Positions 57,959 to 64,000 of a DNA stretch of 64,000 bases are shown here, in pieces. The DNA lies in assembly GCF_052425735.1 (NCBI RefSeq), contig NC_135769.1:30938001-31002000 (forward strand), in the 5' to 3' direction. This DNA comes from Oculina patagonica (taxonomy: Eukaryota). The notes under the pieces are model-generated. The model was not told the origin of the DNA, ran no database searches, and was given only the letters and a program-made list of their open reading frames with translations. Within the stretch, counting starts at the first letter, position 1; each line of letters begins with the position of its first letter. The position numbers and the translations under genes are program-made.

Positions 57959-60859
57959 ATTGTAGATATTGCACTTTTATTAAGAATAAAGTTTAATTTA
58001 AAAATCCAAAGAAGATCTTTGCGTTGTTATTCATATAGAAAATCCTTCTGGGTTTTTTTTACAAATCCATTCATTGAAAAATGAAAAGTACGTTTTTGCC
58101 CCTTCGACACTTTTTCCTTTTTTTAATCTTTGTAGGCACCTTTTCCCTACTGATGGCAGCTAGCCCATTTATATATTGTACTCCTTCGCCTTTTATTTGC
58201 GCGGCATTCACGCTCAGGTATTTGAAATCTAACATCTCAATGGCCGTGACGATAAGCTGTAAGGTACGTGGCGCACTATTTTCTGTTGGCGACTAGCTTT
58301 CGGGCATGTACGGGCTCTCTAGGAAGCTCGTTTGTTAACCTGCGATCAGGCCGGATACTTATAAACGCCATTAAACTGACTAACTTTTCATGCAACTTGT
58401 CTCCCAATTTTGTTGCGCTCCGAAAAACTGCCATTTGTAACACACTCTAAAATGAACACTTGTAACGTTTACGTCGCAGAAAGGACTTCAAGCCAACTTC
58501 ACGAATTCGGGCCTGCATGTTTACATTGACAAAGTATTGTTCCTGTTATGAACAGTTTATGAGGGTAACCCACCGTCACCATACGGAGGCACCCCAGGAA
58601 AGAGAGAGAGGGGGGAGCTTTTCATGCATTCCTTTATTAATAGCTGCGAATTGTTTATATGAGAAATCAAAACGTTTTATTGGGAGACAGGGATCAATGA
58701 AAAACTGACGATGCATTACGTTTCTCGATCTCAACCGATTGACTAGACTTTAAAGTCGTTCGCTTTTCGTTTCCAGTTTGGTGGTCGTGCTCCGTATCGG
58801 GGGTGTGCTTAACATGTAGGCAAGTCTATCGATTGACTTACACGGTTTCCGCTACGCTGCGCAAGCTAGGGGTGTTAAACAAAAAGAACGTCATTATAGG
58901 TGGCTGTAGTGTTCTACACTGAGCCAAATCAAGCCCCAAAAGTTTGAACTGCAACTTACAACATTTTCAAACAAAGTCCTGGGCCCGGTTGTTCAAAGCA
59001 CGTTAACTAATCAGATAGGGAAATTATTTTATTTTATAATTTTTTTTTTTATTTTCCCCTTTTGGGCCTCAATAAAAAAATAAAAATAAAAAAAAAAAAA
59101 AATTTTTTTAACCCCCTGGTGGATGATGTTTTTACTGTAATACAATGTACACATCCCGAGTAACTTGCTCACGTTCCTCGTCTCAAGAGACGTCCAAGAT
59201 TCAACCGCAAAATTCCGATAATACTGCATGACGTATACTGCAAAGATTCAAGTTTACGAGCAGTCCCTTTTCTTAGTCCGTCTAGCATAAAACGTGAAAT
59301 AAAGCGCTTGTGAAAAAAAGACCGCGCGAAATCTGGTAGATAGACGCGCGTATTTTTTTTTTCGAAATAGTTAACAACTATTCACCAAAGTGGAGGTGGC
59401 TGAGGTGAATAGCTGTTTAAGTATATACTAAAACAGTGAGATAATATGACGCGAAAGGATGATTTTTGACTTATTTATTCCTGCAACGCTTACAATTTTC
59501 TCGCGCGAGTTGTTCGCAGTTTGAGTAGCCAATCAGCGCACGCCAAAAACGCTATCCACTGTTTTAGTATTTACTAATTGAAGCTAATTCAAACTTTGGG
59601 GACTTGATCAAGATTTGCCTCAGTGTGGAACGCTGCAGTCACCTAGCTTGCGCAGAGTAACGGAAACCGTGCAAGTTGATGGGAATATTTTATACAAGTC
59701 AATCGCCTGATCGAGCCTGCATTGCCAGCTTTTCATCGATCTTGTTTCTTCAATTGTTACCAATTTCGATACAGCCCAGCACACACGAGGCTCCGGGAAC
59801 CCCACCCAGAGCGGGCCCGGGGCGGGGCGGAAATGGGCTATTGTTACCTTGGTTGCCGCTCAGTGGAAGGTTAGTAAACAGTGACTAAACTGACAACATG
59901 GCGGGGAATTTGACCAAAAATTTTCAAAGAATTCAAATACTCCCGGGTTTGCCCGGGGGGTGGATGGGCAGTTTTGGATGATTGACTAAATTTGCCAACT
60001 AGGTGTGACTTGTGCTTTTCCCCACCGTCCCGAAAATGAAGGGCGCAAACATGGCGCGGAAAAAGCTTAAAAACGACACTCGTGCGTGTAAGAGAATGTG
60101 ACTCCAAACGATTGAATGTGCCCAAGCTTGGAAATAAGCCTCAGATGCCAGCAAACAGTGTTCCAATAACAAGCCCCCTTCCCCCAAGCGCGAATGCACA
60201 GTGCTTGTTTGGCCTTCTGACAGATGACTTTCTGTTCAAGAAACAGCCTCTCATTATACCAAAATAATGAGAGATGTAGAAGTTTTTTCAGACGCAAAAT
60301 CCCTTCCAATCAAGCCCGACCATTTTTGAAACATAATCGAGCTATCCGATAATAGGCCCCTCTGAAAATTAGGTCTCCCAAGGCTTCACAAACAAAATTA
60401 TATAAAAAGCTGTTGGCTTGCTTTAGCACCCCAGCCATCTTTTCTGTTAAAATTGTTAAATGCTTATAAGCTACCTAGGTTGCTAAATTTTAGGCTAGAA
60501 TGTTCTTTGCAAATGTCTCAGGACATACTTTCGCCCAAGCGTCAGAGTGAGGAGCAGGGAAAGCAAGGGGGGGAGAAAACACAGCAGCCAACTCCCCTTG
60601 CCTGAGGTTCAGCAGACTTCTGAGACATAGTGCTTCCTACAAATACAACTACTGTTTGAAAAGCTCTCTGAGATTAATTTCTTTTCCAATCAATGAACCA
60701 CAACTCAGTCTCCTCAAGGAGGCGTTCACCATTAGATGTTTAACTGTACAGTGGAACCTCAAACGTACAGTTGAACTTCTAACAGTGAACACTTTCCACA
60801 TCATTCCATACTATCTAATGTGTACACAATTAGTAGAGGGGGCTATTCCTCTCTTGTAA

Positions 60860-60891
<32 letters not shown>

Positions 60892-61229
60892 CATCAACAT
60901 CATCATCATTATTATTATTATATGAAAACTATATCTACAACTAGGTTCAGCTGCAAGACCAGGCTCTCTTGTTTGGCATTTCACATGCATGCTGTAACTT
61001 GGAGTGAAGAGGCTAATATTAAATAACAACAGTCTCAATTTTCTTTTACTATCGTTTTTATTTGCTACTGACTCTTTGGGTCATACTTAGTTTGATTGAT
61101 TGTTATCTTTACAAAGAATTGGAAAGAAAGTACATTGCAGTCTACACTCCACTCGACACACCCCTAATAAAAAGATGGCGAAAAGAGAGAAGAAAAAATA
61201 CCTTATGAACATTATCAAAGTGCCCCTAC

Positions 61230-61508
61230 TAGACTGTCCACAGCCCTTTATTTTTTCGTGTTTTTCGATCGATGAGCCTGATCAATGAGCGTGCAGTGAG
61301 AACGGCGAGAGAACTGGACGCCAGCTCGCTTCCCACCCAAACAACCGCGCGCGTCGCGCTGGGGACGAAGGGTGGGGGCCATTTTGCCTTGAAAAATCGA
61401 GGGGCCGTGGACTCTATTTTTCCTTTGCTCGCTTCCCCTCCCCCGCCCGCTCGCGCTAACTTCGTCTGCTTTTTTGCGTTGAAAAATTGAGAGGCTGTGG
61501 ACAGTCTA
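61230..61508. mobile_element. MITE with TAG...CTA ends and 9-bp TSD (AcademH-like)
   Basis: TAGACTGTCCACAGCC / GGCTGTGGACAGTCTA flanked by TGCCCCTAC on both sides. Confidence 0.85.
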
Positions 61509-62174
61509 TGCCCCTACTAAAGAGGAGTCTTGCTATTGAAGGCGAGTGACTAGAACCACAACTCACTGTTTCCTCAAGGAGGTGTTCACAGTCAGAAGTT
61601 TAACTGTACAGTGGAACCTCAAGTACATTCAAATCCACATATCTATCTTTAAAAGGAGTCTAAATGCTTCTAGCCACTCCTATTACATTTGTCACCACCT
61701 AAAAGGGGACTCTCAGATTTCACGTCTGGTCACCCTCAGGGAATGTCCAAATGTACCGTCAAACTTCTTACAGTATACACTTCCCTTTAGAAGAAAACAG
61801 AAAGCTGTGGTTCTGGCTTCGCACTTATAATCCAAAACACCTCCCAGACAGGAACAATTTGATGCCGTCCTTTAAGTATCTGTCTTTCTCACTAATTCAT
61901 CACCCCCTCATTTAAAGTGTGCCAGAGCAGAGCTATTTTTTACACAACTGAAGAATAATTATCTTAGATTATTTTATGAATTTACAATTATTTCTTTTCT
62001 GAATCTTTCGAAAAACAAAATGACCCTAAGATCCACTCATTTATCAAGCAAAAATATTTTTCATCTTCTTGTAATTACCAATGTTTATGCAAGAAAAAAT
62101 ATGAAAAAAAATAATTTGAGTCATTTCTCTAATAATTTTATATGTACATTGTTTGTAATCTGTATGTTAATCTG

Positions 62175-64000
62175 TTAACAAGATGTTGTTGAGTCTGAGC
62201 TACTATCAGTGCTTATAACACTAGGGGATTCCATGGCACTCTGAAGCCACTGATGAACACGACGATCTCCAAATATCGATAAGGCTTCTGTAGTGCCAGG
62301 GGGACTGAAGAAAACTGCATACTCTGGAATCCCATCAAAATCGTACTCTGGAGTACTTTGCCGAGCCTCCACTGTGGGGCTATCCACTGAGCTTGACTCC
62401 TCGATAAGAGCTGGTCTGCTCCTTCTTCTTCCTGTTGGTTGTACAACTGAAGAGTCACTGTTTTCGCATGTAGTGCTGCTACTATGTGAAGAAGTACTGG
62501 GTGAGGACGAAGTCCATGGTAGCCACTGTAAACCACGCCTGGTTCGAGTTGTACTAACACTCGGAGACCTCTCCCTGTTTCTCCTGGAGACACTACTGCC
62601 GTCACTTTCATCTTGTCTAAGAGGAGACCTACTGCGACTCCGTTCTCTACGGGGCAACAGCTGATGTAAGGAGCGTCGTCGTTCTCGATCTCGATCTCTG
62701 CGTGCAACACGTTCTGACAATTCCTCTGCCAAAACTGAGTGATCAAAATTGTCACTTTCCTCATCTTCTGACAGTAGGGATATTAAACCTGAATCAACAT
62801 CTCGTTGGCCAGTTGTCCCAGTACGGGTTCTACTATTGGAGCGTCCATTTTGCTCATCACGCTTTAGTAGATTGTTTACTGTCTCTTCAAGTGCTGACGT
62901 TCTTTTTGAGTAGTCAGACACCACTTTTTCCAGCTCTGCCATGAAAAGAAATTTTACCATTAACAATGGTATCAACAACTAGTGGCAAAGCATATCAACC
63001 ATTGTTGATTGTCTGCTTTTGAAACATTGAGCTACATGTAACAGGCAAGCATAAACATTGATTTTTGTAAGAGTTTGCAGACATTCTGATAAAATGACAA
63101 GAAAAATTGTCAGATTTCACTGTAATGAGAAGGTCTGTTTTGAGGATAATTGCATTAAAACAATATTCATTCTCGGTCTATTTTCAAATCTTATCATATT
63201 CATCTTTAAGTTACACTGTAATCAGTAATGGTACCCATAGTACATGTTACACAAGAACAAAATCAGTAAAAGTGGCATTGAATTTCCCATATTTAAAATG
63301 AAGAAACTTTAATATTATTGCAATATTTCATTTTTTCACTTTTAATAATAATTTTGTAACAATCCTACTTTACGCCAATTCTTCTTGATGTTTATAATAT
63401 TGTAAATTTCTTTTCGCACATTAACTCAAATTTTATTTTTAAAAAAGCCATAAGGGTCACTTATGTCTATTCAGCAAATTTAACTTCTCTTTAGTAACAT
63501 GTCATTTAATACTCACCTTCGACTCTAGACTTCAAACTTTGCACACAGTTATGGTGCGGAACTTCAGCAAGTGTTAGTTGCAATCCACAGCCTTGAAGAC
63601 ATGCCGTAGAGCAGCGAATCAGTCTTTTTGGACACTCTGCTTCATGTTCAGCTTTACTTCTTCTTGGAAACGTTATTTCGCACCCCTCGTTCTCGCAGGT
63701 CATAGGCGCAAACAGACAAGAAGAGTTGTGTGACCCAAGCTGTTCCAACTCTACTGTTTCAGTGCAACCATTTGGAGCGAAATCGCAACGAATTTTCAGC
63801 TTGTTAATGATGTTCTTAATCATTGGAAGAGCAGGTCTCAGTTCGTTAGCCCGTACTTTCTTCCTGCAGTTCGGACAAGACTTTTTCGTGTCCAGCCATC
63901 TTGAAATGCACGCCGAACAGAAAACATGGCGGCAGGGCGATTCAACCGGATCCTCTAAAACACCAGCACAAATGGAGCATATGAGCTCTGGATTAACATC
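62175..64000 (-). CDS. RING-HC + TRAF/SIAH-type zinc finger E3 ubiquitin ligase (RNF151/NRDP1/PDZRN3-type N-terminus) with Ser/Arg-rich disordered tail; 5' end beyond the window
   Basis: Exons (-): 63517->64000 and 62175-62935 (phase 1 join GAA G|AG). DVNPELICSICAGVLEDPVESPCRHVFCSACISRWLDTKKSCPNCR; KLKIRCDFAPNGC...HNSSCLFAPMTCENEGC...HEAECPKRLIRC...HNCVQSL; then a coiled coil and low-complexity tail. Confidence 0.88.

Overview
Eukaryotic, AT-rich, intron-rich animal genomic DNA. The gene and repeat repertoire looks cnidarian, probably a stony coral; this is inference only. Seven spliced protein-coding genes can be assembled from GT-AG boundaries with consistent phases: (1) the 3' end of a possibly PTCD1-like gene (+); (2) a SKAP1/2-like adaptor with dimerisation, PH and SH3 domains and greatly expanded tyrosine/proline-rich linkers (-); (3) a DXO/Dom3Z decapping exonuclease with a long Arg/Ser/Glu tail (+); (4) an SLC8/NCX Na+/Ca2+ exchanger (+); (5) a SMYD3-like methyltransferase (-); (6) an RSAD1/HemW-like radical SAM protein (+); and (7) a RING + TRAF-zinc-finger E3 ligase truncated by the window edge (-). 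SKAP/DXO and SMYD3/RSAD1 are head-to-head pairs with about 220 bp between start codons. Introns and spacers are dense with non-autonomous elements: Tc1/pogo-, Harbinger-, Kolobok-, P-like and AcademH-like MITEs, Helentron-like elements, SINEs and LINE/Penelope remnants. The most unusual object is a 652-bp insertion with a 13-bp TSD (55069-55720), built from circularly permuted ~250-bp units that each carry a complete tRNA-like cloverleaf, arranged as a tail-out inverted pair. Two divergent relatives elsewhere in the window, one of which changes stem sequence while keeping the pairing, suggest a structured-RNA retroelement family, possibly mobilised by Penelope-like elements. All coordinates and alignments were read by eye; no database searches were run.
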